Assembly (NCBI RefSeq): GCF_009914755.1
Contig: NC_060939.1
DNA: 64,000 nt
From: the human T2T-CHM13v2.0 reference genome, Homo sapiens
Reading direction: 5' to 3' (one strand)
Shown here piece after piece: positions 1-13,644 of the stretch (position 1 is the stretch's first letter; the number at the start of each line of letters is the position of its first letter). The translations under genes and the position numbers were made by a program. The notes beneath the pieces are model-generated. The model had not been told where the DNA came from. It was given only the letters and a program-made list of their open reading frames with translations, and did not search any database.

Positions 1-1
1 A

Positions 2-89
2 ATGGACACAAGTCCCCTGTGTTTCTCCATTCTGTTGGTTTTATGCATCTTTATCCAATCAAGTGCCCTTGGACAAAGCCTGAAACCAG
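2..89 (+). CDS. LIPC: Hepatic triglyceride lipase, first coding exon (signal peptide plus first mature residues); partial CDS
   Basis: ATG at 2 translates to MDTSPLCFSILLVLCIFIQSSALGQSLKP+G (29 codons + 1 nt), matching the N-terminus of human hepatic lipase. It has a hydrophobic signal peptide with SSA|LGQ cleavage and ends at a phase-1 donor, CAG|GTAAGA (89/90). Confidence 0.97.
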
Positions 90-249
90 GTAAGAGCCTG
101 ACTTTTCTCCAGAGATGGGCATGAACTTTTCTTTTTAAAACGTGTGTCACAAAGAATCCAGGGGTTTCTGACTGTATGGGACAGAGCTTGCTTCAGAGCG
201 TGCCAGGTGGTTCTATACACGACCTCACAGGTTCACAGGGACACGTAGC

Positions 250-800
250 CGTTTGTAAACAGAAATGAAATTTTAGAAAATCATCCTCGGATTGAAAGTC
301 TTCTAAGAGTGCCTGCAGCTAGCAGTGAAGTCTCTTGCGTATCTGATATGGAAACAGTCATGCTAAAAGTTATTCAGCGGCAAATGATATGAAAGCGATT
401 CAGATCTTCCTGAGAGTTAATGTGGCATCTAATTTGCAACCGGGGAGCCAGGCTTGCAATGAAATGCTCTGTCGGGTTGGGGTTGTCTAATTGCCTGCCT
501 CTCTCAGAAGAGAGGGGAATTTATGAGAGTTCTATTTCCAGTCAGGTCTAAAGTAGAGATATCATTGCACAATTTCTAGACTTTGTTTTGCTGCCAAAAT
601 TTTAGTCTGAGGCTGAAGAATCCAACAGCCGTCCTGCCTGTTTTGTTTGTAAATTCACAAACTAGATTGATGGCGAAAGACAGATCAAATGCCTTATCAG
701 GAAGGTAGTAGAGTGGAGCCCAGCTTCCAGGCTAAGCAGTGGACCAATAAATGACGGATCAGTTAATTGAACAATTTGGCCAGACTAGACAGGTGTTTGG
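250..800. promoter_or_regulatory. Candidate promoter-proximal hepatocyte enhancer
   Basis: No recognisable repeats. Motifs: FOX TGTAAACA 254-261, C/EBP ATTGCACAAT 564-573, HNF4-like CAAAGTCTA (- strand, 577-585), ATCAAT (- strand, 666-671), and GTTAAT half-sites. Motif evidence only. Confidence 0.45.
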
Positions 801-1249
801 GAATTTGTTTTGGTACTGGTTACTGGTCAGGAGCTAGTAACGCTAAGGTAGAGTCTGAGATTTTTCTTTTCTCTAAGACTAGCCTTGGAGAGAGCTCCGA
901 CAACTTTGAGAATTAGAAATTCCCTAACGGGATGTACCTAAAAATTTCAGAAGCTTTTTTCCCCTTTAAGAAAAAGGCTGTTCCTTTGTATTTGACTATT
1001 TTACTTCATAGGCCAGTTAATAACTGAGTAGCAGTATTAATTATTGCCATTCACTAAGTATTTTCTGTGCCAAGCACTATACTAATTATTTTTGACACAT
1101 CATCTCATTTATAAAGCCACATCCAAAAATGACCCTTACATAATAATTTAGAGCCATACAGGTAAAATTGCTGGTAATCTTTATTCCCTTGGTTCATAGT
1201 GATTTTGCTAAAGGGCCTTTCCTGCCCTTTGCCCCGGAATGTTGTATTT

Positions 1250-1590
1250 GTTTGTTTACTTTTTAATGAAGTTTATAACACACTTCTAGAAAAGGGCCTC
1301 TATCATAAATCCTCAATGAGTTCTCACAAACTGAACCAGTACCCCAAAGCCTTCCTTGTGTGCCCCTTGAGCCTTAACATATATGATTTTTTCCTTTGGG
1401 GAGATTTTTCATTAATAGAAACACATCAGTTGCTCTTTTGCGTCTGGCTTCTTTCGTTCGACATTATGTTTGTGAAAGTCAACCATGCAGTTTCGTGGAG
1501 TTGAGGCTCATTCATTCTCACTGCTGTAGCATTCCACTGCGGGACCATGCCACACTTCCTTTATCCATTCTACTGTGGATTGGCCAGGAC
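1250..1590 (-). mobile_element. Old L1 (L1M/L1ME-type) 3' fragment
   Basis: Contains typical antisense L1M 3'-end phrases: 'ttttgcgtctggcttctttcgttcgacattatgtttgtgaa', 'tttatccattctactgt'. Confidence 0.6.
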
Positions 1591-1975
1591 TGTTTTTGCA
1601 ATGGAGCCATGGGAATTGGAAGCTGTCAGTGCTGAGATAGAGGTTGAAGGGAGGGATGGCCTCCCCCAGGCTTCTGGGTATTGTCCAGATTTTCCTTGAG
1701 CAATCTCATTGTCCTGATCAGCCTGCTTCTTTCCCCGGGGCCTAGTTTGTGCAAATGCTGAGAGAAGTGGCCACTATTAGCAAGAGGGTTCCTCAGAAAA
1801 GAGGATCCAAGTCAGGAGGCCTCTTGTTCTCTTGGAAGCAGAATCTCTTGGCAGAATTCTTTCTGCAATGAGTGAGCCCAATCTGTGTGCATGTGGCTGG
1901 TATGATGTCTTTCTGGGGAAACCGCAGGGAAGCCGGTGTCCTGTGGTGGAGCCCTTGTCAGGAAAGTTTCTACAC

Positions 1976-2202
1976 CAATGGTTCTCAACAGGGGCAATTT
2001 TGCCCTCCAGGGGACACTTGGCAATGTCTGGAGACATTTTTGGTTTTTGGTTGTTAAGACCAGGGAGAGAGTGCTTCCCTTCCAGCATCTAGTGGGTAGA
2101 GGCCAGGGAAGCTGCTTCACATCCTACAATGCACAGGACAGCCCTCACAACAATGAATTGTCTGGCCCAAAACATTATTAGTGCAGAGGCTGAGAAACCA
2201 TG
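1976..2202. mobile_element. MER20 (hAT-Charlie), full length
   Basis: caatggttctcaacaggggcaattttgccc...gcatctagtgggtagaggccaggga...gctgagaaaccatg follows the MER20 consensus end to end. Flanks ttctacac/atctatgc resemble a degraded NTCTA hAT target. Confidence 0.92.
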
Positions 2203-2334
2203 ATCTATGCCAAGCTTCAACTGTCACTCATCGAGCACCAGGAAGTACTCCCTCAAGGACCCTTCCTCTTTAGCCCCTCCTCCCAGCCTACTTCTTTTGA
2301 GTATTTATTATTAATGACATCTTACTAATGGAGT

Positions 2335-2500
2335 CACTAATGTGCTGCACACCCAGCATGTGCCAGGCACTCCACGGACATTTTATCTCATCCTCACCAT
2401 ATGGTTGAGTAAGCTGGCAGTTAAGTGCCTTGCCGGCGGTCGCATAGCTGGTCAGGGCAGAGCAGGGAGAGGTACCTGCAGCCTCAATCTGTCTACTGAG
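2335..2500 (-). mobile_element. MIR fragment
   Basis: 'atgtgccaggcact...tctcatcctcac...ttaagtgccttgcc...ggtcgcatagctgg'. Confidence 0.6.
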
Positions 2501-2979
2501 GCCGCAGTGCTCTCTGTCGAGCCCACACCCAGTGATTTGACAGCCAGAGGTTTCTAGAAAAACATTCTGCTCAGTTCCTCTCACAGAGAGGGAGATTTAG
2601 ACAGTTGTTCCTGCCCTTCAGCACTAAGGGGGACTGGATAGCGTGAGCTGCTTGAAGCCCACATGGCACATCACACTTATGCCCAGCCCCAATGCCTGAG
2701 ACCCAGGTTCCCCAGTCGGTGTTGCCATGAGAGCCAACGCTGCTCCAAAGAGCAGCTGCTGCTCCTAGACCCTGGCAAGTCCCACCTTCCCGGTACTGGG
2801 CCCACTATCAACAGGCACCTTCTCCCTCCCCTCCACCCCAGCCTCAGCTTGCAAATCCTAGGAGCAGCTGAAAGCTACCTATTCAGTCAGTCCCTCATGA
2901 GTGTCACAAGCATACATGAGCACCTGCCATACGTAACGCAGTGCCTGAGTACAACTCACACACTCTGTTCACACGTTTC

Positions 2980-3345
2980 CTCTCTTAAAAATCACTGAGG
3001 ACCCCAAACAGTGTTTATTATGTGAGATATCAATATTTCCTTCATTAGAAATTAAAACTGAGAAATCCTTAAAATCTGCTAACACTTTTTAAAATGATAA
3101 TAAACCCTTGCATGTTAACACATATAATGTAATTTTATGAAAAATAACTTGTATTTTCCAAATAAGTTTTAAATGGAGAAGAGTGACATTGTTTTACAAA
3201 GAAATGTTGCAAATCTCTCTAATATCTGGCTTCCCAAGACAGCTGGATTATCTTACCTGTTTCTGTACTCAGTCTGTTGTGATGTATTGCTTTGTTTGAA
3301 ATGTAGGAAGAAAATCTGGCCTCCCATAGAGGAAAAGGGAGGACA
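2980..3345. mobile_element. hAT-Charlie (Charlie2-like) fragment
   Basis: 'ctcttaaaaatcactgaggaccccaaa...tagaaattaaaactgagaaa...gagaagagtgacattgttttaca...gacagctggatt' resembles the recalled Charlie2 end. Confidence 0.65.
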
Positions 3346-3519
3346 TCCTAAGGCGATCTCCCTGGGGCCTTGGCCTGCAAACCACTGCGCTTGTGCAGTG
3401 GGCACTGTACAACAGGGGGCTGCACAGCCGTCCCCACCTTGCAGGAATTTACAGTCAAATGGGGTGGGAGTGGGGTGGGGAGGGAATAGGGGGCCATGGG
3501 ACTGGGTGGAGGGGGGATG

Positions 3520-4642
<1,123 letters not shown>

Positions 4643-5156
4643 AGTCACATATGTAAATGTTATCAGCTAGAACAGAACATGGCATGAGATGAGGACCATG
4701 AGAGAGGAATGAGTAGAGAAGCAGATTTTACTTCCAAGTGGAGGGAAGAAGGCTTCTTGGAGGAGGCGGCATTTGAGTAGGGTGTTGAAGGATGGTATCC
4801 GGACAGAAGAGAATGAGGCTTTCCTTGTACAATAGCAGAGGTACACAGCTGATAAAGTACATGTGCTTTTCAAGCCCAAATACCTTTCAAAAAAGACCAT
4901 CTAGGAAGAAAAAGAAAAAATATCCCATAGAATGGTGTTGATAGCAACACTTGTTAAACTGCAACAAACTGGAAACAATGTGAATGCCCAAGTGCAAACC
5001 ACTGAAGTTGGGGACTCCAGCTACTGCTAAGTCCAACTTCGAACAGGCATGGTTTTGAATACCTACTACTAGAAGTCACAGAAACTTTTGGGGGCAATAA
5101 TGATGAAGTTCAGAAACAAAAGCCTATTGCTGGCCCCTAAGCACTCACAGTTTAAC

Positions 5157-5320
5157 ACCAGGGATCTTAGCACAGAGGATGGGTTTCCAAGAGTCGTTGA
5201 GCCTCCTGAGATGGTGCCCAAGGCTGTGTGTGTGTGCATTTTGAGTGGGGAGCAGGTGTCATAACTTTCAGCAAATTATCAAAGGGACCTGTGACCTCTG
5301 AAAAAGCTCAGTAACAACTG
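5157..5320. mobile_element. Short hAT-Charlie element (Charlie4z-like)
   Basis: 'ggggagcaggtgtcataactttcagcaaattatcaaagggacctgtgacc...aacaactg' is a Charlie4-type end. Confidence 0.5.
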
Positions 5321-7378
5321 GTCTTGCAGCTTTGTAAAACAAGTATAAGAAAATTGTATATGCAATAATGTAGGGAAAAAAAAACAGGACTAAATAATCT
5401 ACATGTTGAATCATAATTATGAAAACACTGTAGACACATGCTGTATATTGCTAGAGATTCTAAGTATATTTAAAGATATATAAAGGGTTTTAAGGTTTGG
5501 AGGATTTAAGTACTTAAATGTACAAGAAAAATAAAATAAAAAGGCCCTGATCAGCTACAGTTAGATTGGTCATCCCAAGACGACCCCCGGGAAAGGGATT
5601 TTCCACTGTCCTTCCGACCTGCCACCAGCACCCAACTTTGCAGGTTCAGCCACACTCAAAATCACTACCCCAGCAGGGTCTGTCAGATTTCTGAGAGGCC
5701 TCCACAGTTACATGGAATGTCACCCATGACTAATATTTGAGATAGAGTCCGGAGATGAAACTCATTCTTCCAAGAGTGCGTACTATTCTGGAATCAGCAG
5801 AGGGCCAGCCCCCAGCATTCCAGGGAAATTCTATCTTTCCCATGCAAGAGACCCTCCCATCCATGGCCATCCTTCCTAGCCCTACAGCTGAGCAGGTCTG
5901 TGGTCCTGCTGAAAGGTCCACCCTGGAGAGACGGGGGACAGCAGCCTGTCCTCCACTCTGCTTGCCTCTCACAGAGACCCAGGACTGGAACCCATATTCT
6001 TTCATTCTGAGCTGGAGAGAGAAACTGCAGGGCTGACGGTTGAAGGCATGGGGTCTGTAAGCTGACCCGAAAACATGAATCGCCAAATGAGTGCGCAGCC
6101 AAAAGCCAAGAGAATCTGGTACCTGGCTACCCACGATGGCCCTCTCCCTGCCCTCCTCTCCACATCAGCTGCCACAGTGCTGCGGGCATGCTGGGTCATC
6201 ACAGTTGGCACAGCAGGGAGAGAGGCAGAAAGAGGCTGGGCCCCGAGACAGGGCAGAACAGTCCCCATTTCATCATGAGGGGAATGTAACCACCCAGGCC
6301 TCAGCCTGGGTGTCCCTGACAGCCACGGGCTCCACGTAGAACAGAGGTCACAGCGATTCTCACAGCCAGGAAGGTACTGTGCGCTGGCCCCCAGGACAGT
6401 GACCAGTTTCGAGTGGGGCGCTCTCAGCTGGGAAATGGGGTCCAACCCACCAGGGAAAAGGGCTGACTAGGGGCCAATAGGACCCTCCAGATCCCTGCCC
6501 AGCAGGCTGGACTTCAGTCCCAAGGTGATAACTAGAACAAGGGGGCCGAGCCTAGTCTGTCCAGCAGCGGGTGGAGGAGCCGCGGTAAGAAAGGCAGTCG
6601 GGTCTTACATTCAGGTACCTACTTGGGGCGAGAAGACCAAATCCAGTCACTCCAGCCCTGGAGGAGTCAGGGCGCCCACCCGGCTGCCCCACAGAAGGTG
6701 CAATTCCTAAACATGGTCACAAAGTAGCGCAGTGACATCTCAGCTGCTTCGGAGTTCCAGGAGAGGGTTTCTGGCTCAGGAGAATGGAGTTTCTGGGTGA
6801 CTGGAAGATGAGGCTGTTGGCTAACTTCCCTTTCCTTCCCACTTAGGGGTCTATTTCCAGAAGCATTCCTCATTTCATTTTTTCCCCAGTGGGGCTTGGC
6901 TAGGGGTGGGGAGGCATGGGGAAAAAGTGAAGAGAAGAGAACGAAATGCATGGAATGCAAGCGGAGGCCTCTTTGTCTACAGCGTTTTCACCTCCACTTG
7001 TGCAGGTTCATATTCAGGGCCTGGTGAAGTCAGTTCTGGCACGGCTCTCCAGTGGACTGGCAGTGGCCCTTAAAAATAGTTCTCAGGAAGATGTGTAGGT
7101 GGCGACGCTGAGTAGTGTTTATGTCCCAACATGAAGAGCAGGCCTCATTGTGTGTGTCCTGTGATTACAACTGTGTGAAAATACATGTGTTTGAGAAAAA
7201 ATGCTGGAAGAAGATGCATGAAAATGTTTATACGTCCGTTGAGTTTGTATCTGAACTTTTGTCTCTTCCCCTCTTTATGTAATGTTATAGTATGTATATG
7301 GTATATTGACTTTCATGATTTAAATAATCAGAAAATAAATTTACTACGAAATGATGAAATAAAGGAGTTTGACTAGAT

Positions 7379-7866
<488 letters not shown>

Positions 7867-8459
7867 GAGAAAAAACAAAAGAACCAAGACTTGAAACTAG
7901 GTTACTGACTTCCAGGCTAGGGTGCTTCCTACAGAAACAACACGAGGCTACAGGGCAAACCTCACTTCACTTCTAACTTTCTAGGGTTGAAGGGGTGAGA
8001 ATCAACATCCACTGCTCCTGGATACTGACTTCTTCCCCAGTAGCTACAACCCCAAAAGTATTTAAAACCCCAAGATATTTGTGAAAATGTATTTGTCCAA
8101 AATAAAATATCTACATGCTAAAAAGAAAGCAGTCCTTGAAATGAACAAAAATTCCCAAGCTGAGCATTACTTGTAATTGGTAGAAAAATAATCATTGCAA
8201 AAGCTAATTAACCATCCACCCTGAGCGGCTCCTTGGCAGGCCTGAAAATATGATCAGGAAAATTCTTTTCCTATGAGTGAGGCATTATCAAAGCAGGGCA
8301 GAGCCTATGGGTTATCCGTTGACTAGGACTGACCTTTCCGTGACTGCCAAAAACTTTCCAGTGACAAATGTTCCAGCTTCCTTGTCCCAAGAGAAACTAA
8401 AGTGGTAAGAAAACAAACTGCTTTATACTGAAACATAACAAGATCAACAGCAGCTGTGA

Positions 8460-8990
8460 CAGCATTTATTAAACTGTCCGCTGTGTACCAGGCCCCATGG
8501 TCAGTAGGAAAGTATATCCCTGAGGGTACAAAAATGAAAAAGCGTACATCCACTCACCAAGGACTTCCCACTGTGCCAGGGTCTCTAGCCCCTTATGGGG
8601 TGTGTGTGGGGGCAGGGAGGTTGGAGATTGGGAGAGGCGCATAATTTCAACACAATGCAATTAGTTTGTAAATAACACTACATGCAAAATGTTACAAGAG
8701 CCCTGAGGCAGCGCAGGTTAGCTGAGAAGCCTTTACAGAGGAGGTGATATCTGAGTTGAATCTTGAAGTTTCCTTCAAGAAGTGGAAGGACATTGTAAGC
8801 AGAGGGAAAAAAAACATGAACCAGCCTTGCTTGACTCAGAGGCTGGAAAAGGGAGAGTGAAGTTGGGAATTCTTGAGATTTTGGGGTGGCCCTGGATGGG
8901 GTACATAAAAAGAAGTGGCCAGAGGGAAGGACAGGAAGGGCCATCCTCAGAAGTTTTGTCCTCATCCTGGAGGCAGGGCAGACCACTGAT
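8460..8990 (-). mobile_element. L2 fragments
   Basis: 'agcatttattaaactgtccgctgtgtaccagg', 'ctttacagaggaggtgatatctgagttgaatcttgaag'. Confidence 0.55.
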
Positions 8991-9514
8991 GAGGGGGGTT
9001 GTTTTTAAAAGGCTGCCTTTCCCAGATGGATTGATAGACTTATCTCAGCCTGGCTAAAACCCTGGCCACTCCCTGATAGAGAACAAGGTTCCCAGCAGGC
9101 AAGGGCAGGGGTGGGGCCCAGCAGGGACCAGTTTTGCAAGCTCACCTGGCCCTACACCCGCAAACACTCAGCTTTTCCTCCAAGACAAGCCTCAAGGCTT
9201 GGAGCAAGTCTCTTTGAAGTTTTCTTATGAATTGCTATGCTTAACACTAAATCATGGGAAAGATTAACACCCATGAAACTGAAGCAGGAGCACATAACAG
9301 GAGCTTAATATGAATCTTCCATCTTAAAAATATCTTATTCTACATCTGAAAAGAGAACCATTTGGAAATTCCACGTCATACTCACTTATAGACTTAACAG
9401 CAATTTCAACTTTAAAAATTCATTCCCACCTGCATTATATGACTTGATTCTTACAGTAGCCCTGTAAAGAATATTGGGTAGGAATTCTTATTCCCATTTT
9501 AGAGACGTAAACAT

Positions 9515-10030
9515 TCACCATCCGCGGACCATGGGGAACACAGCTGACATCAATTGCAAGTCAGTTTCTGTGGTTTACTGCAGCAAGGGAGAGCTCACTC
9601 CAGACTTGGGCTTGTGCTGGTTGAGTCTAAGGAAGGGGTGGAAAGCAAGGGGAATTCTGGATTGGATTCTGTCAAAAAGGAGTCCAATTCAATGATTCGG
9701 CATCATAATAATTTAATAGTTATCACTAATTATTATTTAATATAATCAATAAATGATCTAGCAGATGGGAAGATGAAAACAGGGCTGAGCTGGCTTTGAT
9801 ACAGCAACACAAGTCATTCCTGTTAGTCAGAAGAGGGAAATGTTTAGTCATGTTTTTTGATTTTGGAGTGGCCTCCTCCCTGTCTTGATGCAAACACAGA
9901 TGTGGAGGGTCTGTGCTGCACATGTTTCTGTTCGGTGGGCATTGTCTCTGTTCACTTGTGAATATTATGGTCTGGCTGACGGCAGAGCTGGTTTTTGTTG
10001 CTGTGCTGTGTTTTCGTGTAGTCTCTCCCA
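9515..10030 (-). mobile_element. Probable old ERV LTR remnant (MER110/MER89-like; family uncertain)
   Basis: Follows a MIR fragment. Has LTR-like phrases 'ggtttactgcagcaagggagag', 'gagtccaattcaatgattcgg', 'atattatggtctggctga'. Confidence 0.35.
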
Positions 10031-10584
10031 AAGGGACTTGGGGAATGCGTTTGAGGTCTCTTAATACCTATGCCCTAGCTGCACAGCTTTGGGTGATGCC
10101 CTTTACCTCCTTACCTCTGATCTCTCAGGAGTAATAGTGTCCCTTCCACACTGACATTCTGGGTGTGAATGGGACTGATTAGAATGGTCATCGTGGTGCC
10201 AGGAGATCTGCAGTGGTGACCTTCCCTGGTATCAGCTATTTAAATATTATCAGGAAAGAGAAATGTGGAAGCAAAGTCCTATCCATTTTAAGCATGTGAC
10301 CTTTTACCCTAACTGAACCTTAATTGACTCATTTGCCTCTAGCAATTCAAAGATTCCCAGACACCCGGAGGACAAAGATGGGATTCTGTAAGAACAGCCC
10401 ACGCAGTCAATGACCCTTATGCCATTTCTTGCCCGGAACTGTTTTATTCAGGGCCTGACATGCAGCAGTGTTTGATTAAGTGCTGACAATGAAAATAGGT
10501 ATTTGATGCTGTTTGGAAGAAAACTCTTACATTTCTTGAATTGAACTAAGATGTACAGAACAACAGAAACCATTATTTTTAAGA

Positions 10585-10730
10585 ATATTTAAATGTGCCA
10601 AGTTCTTTGCCTATTTATGTCAATGAATCCAGAAAAACACCCTGTGAGATAGGTATTATCCCCACTTCACAGATGGGGAAATTGTGGCTCAGAGTGTTGC
10701 AAACTCTCCTTAGACCACTCAGCTAATAAT
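10585..10730 (-). mobile_element. MIR
   Basis: 'ccctgtgagataggtattatccccacttcacagatggggaaattgtggctcagag'. Confidence 0.8.
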
Positions 10731-10822
10731 TTCCTCTCTGGTATAGCTGAAACATGGGCTTGCCTGAAGGGCAGAGGCAGAAGAAGCCTCCAAGCCTCCC
10801 AAGGTCCTGTGATTCTCATTGA

Positions 10823-11199
<377 letters not shown>

Positions 11200-11662
11200 G
11201 AGATATCCCATTTTGGATAGGGGAGCCTGGGACATATTCTCAACTTCCGTGGGTCTGGCCACTACTTATCAGAAGTTTCTGCTCACCTTACACAACTGTG
11301 AGTGATGGCCAGGAGCAGCCTCAGTGGCCCAAGGGGAAAAACCTCTGGATGAAGCCCTGGACCCCTCACATCTCAGCCTCCATCACTGCCCCTGGCTACC
11401 CAAAGTCAAGCCCAGAAACACAGATGTGAGCACAAACCCAGGCAGCCCATAGAAGGCACAGCCCTGTGATGTCAAGCTTAAAAATTCTGGGCTACTTTTA
11501 AGGTCACCAGGGATATTTCGAAAGAGCTGAAGCTTTTTCCTCCATCCAAGAATCCTCTATCTTCCAGGTTGTTTTTATGAGCTGAAGAGGACCCTCCACG
11601 GCTCCTCGGTGACTTAGTAGTATCAAGACAACACCTGAGAAAGCTCCTTTCATGCAAATCTC

Positions 11663-12092
11663 TGTCTCACGCATGTGAAGAGACCACCAAGCAGGCTTTG
11701 TGTGAGCAACAAGGCTGTTTATTTCACCTGGGTGCAGGCGGGCTGAGTCTGAAAAAGGAGTCAGCAAAGGGTGGTGGATTATCGTTAGTTCTTACAGGTT
11801 TTGGGATAGGCGGTGGAGTTTGGAGCAATGTTTTGCGGGCAGGGGGTGGATCTCACAAAGTACATTCTCAAGGGTGGGGAGAGAATTGCAAAGAACCTTC
11901 TTCAGGGTGGGGGAGATTACAAAGTACATTGATCAGTTAGGGTGGGGCAGAAACAAATCACAATGGTGGAGTGTCATCAGTTAAGGCTATTTTCACTTCT
12001 TTTGTGGATCTTCAGTTGCTTCAGGCCATCTGGGTGTATACGTGCCAGTCACAGGGGCTACGATGGCTCAGCTTGGGCTCAGAGGCCTGACA
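11663..12092 (-). mobile_element. Solo HERV-H LTR, LTR7B (type II repeat) subfamily
   Basis: The minus strand reads TGTCAGGCCTCTGAGCCCAAGC...GATCCACAAAAGAAGTGAAAATAGCC...(TACTTTGTAATCTCCCCCACCCT-type repeats)...AATAAACAGCC...TGAGACA, with TG..CA ends and a 5-bp TSD atctc/gtctc. Confidence 0.93.
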
Positions 12093-12429
12093 GTCTCCTT
12101 CCTGCCTGCGACACAGGTCTAGGAATTATTCCACAGTTGGGCACTCTTGGTGTATTATTGTTCATGCCCTGGCCCCCACCTTTGTGCCGCATAGAGGGAC
12201 TCCCCTTCCTGAGGTTAATGATTGGGAAGGTGTTAAAGCAGGAAGAACTGCAAGAAGGCACTCGTGAGTGAGCCTATCCACTCATTCCTGGAAGATAAAC
12301 AAACGACCAGTGTGGCTCTCCATACTCAGAGGGTGGTTTCTGGATGTCAGAGATTTCGCCACACACCAGCTCTGTGCCAGGCCTTGTGCTAGGACCCCAA
12401 CATGGTCACTCGATATTCACACAGTCTAG

Positions 12430-12805
12430 CAGTCTGCCAGGACTGCCAGGACAGAGGACCACAGACTGGGTGGCCTCAACAACAGAAATGTATTTTCTCA
12501 CAGTTCTGGAAGTGAGAAGTCCGAGGTCAAGGGGTCAGCAGGGTGGGTTTCTTCTGAGGCCTCTCTTCTTGTCTTCTGATGGCTGCGTCTCTTCTGTCTG
12601 CACACAGTCTTCTATGTTTCTGTGTCCGATCTCCTCTTTTTATAAAGACCCCAGTCATATTGGATTAAGGCCCACCCCAGTGACCTTATTTCACCCAAAT
12701 CACCTCTTTAAAGACTCTGGCTCCAAAAGCAGTCACATTCTGAGGTACTGAGGGTTAGAACTTCAATGTATGAATTTGAGGGAACACAAAGTTCAGCCCA
12801 TTACA
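12430..12805 (-). mobile_element. MLT1B-like MaLR LTR
   Basis: 'aacaacagaaatgtattttctcacagttctgga...gtcacattctgaggtactgagggttag...atgaatttgagggaacac..ttcagcccattaca'. Confidence 0.88.
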
Positions 12806-13644
12806 CCCAGCAAACACTTTGCTAGGCCCTGCTGTGACCCGGGTCCTGGGCTTGGCACTGGGCATACAGTGGAAACTGCAAATCTCTCTTTGTTCTATTT
12901 GAGCTTCAGCAACTCTCCGGAAGGCTTCCGCGTTAGAAAAAAGGCTTACAAATACACAGGAAATTTGAAAGTGAGTAGTAAGTCCACACCAGGCCCAGAC
13001 AGGGGGCCTGTGCTGAAAGGTGCAGGAAGCAGCAGCCCTGCTGAGACACACAGGAGCCGGCTGGCCGGCCGCTAGCAGGGTGGGATGGGGAGTGGGGGCT
13101 CAGGGAGCCTGGGCTGGGGAGAGGCATCCGCCCTCTTCAACAGAATGATTGGGACTTTCTGGCAGCATAAGCAATAACCGGCAGGAGACCAAGAAGGCGC
13201 CGTTTAGCTGGCTCATGTGTGAGTGAGTGATGAAACTCACCCTCTGGCTTGGCGCCTTATGGAACTATCAACTCTGCATGGGTGTGCTCAGTGTGGACCC
13301 CAAACCTGCTCCCTCTGGCTTTGAGAGGTATTTCTCCCATACAGGCTGGCTTCAGCCAGGGGGTTGCCTAGACTCGCCCAGGCCTCAGACGAGGGGAAAG
13401 GGCCAAGGCCGGCTGCCACTTTCTCATCATGTGCCTGCCTCCCTTCCCAAATAGAAGGGTCAAGCCCAAATTAGAAGGGTGGGATGATGGCTGGTGCCTG
13501 AGGACAGAGCTGGGGCTAGGAGGACAAACTCCTGGGCTCCTCTTCATGTCTGGGCTACAAGATCCTGGCATAAACAGGGGCTCCTGGCACAGCGGAAATA
13601 AACCATGGGTCCCTGAGGGAGACTCTGGGTGAGAAAAGAGACCC

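Noticed and set aside
2617-2645. REST/RE1-like halves TTCAGCACT ... GGATAGCGTG
   Set aside because: Both halves are mismatched and the 10-nt spacer is non-canonical, so it is likely chance.
11663-12805. Possible provirus formed by adjacent LTRs
   Set aside because: LTR7B and MLT1B are unrelated families. LTR7B has its own TSD (solo LTR), and there is no PBS or gag/pol sequence.
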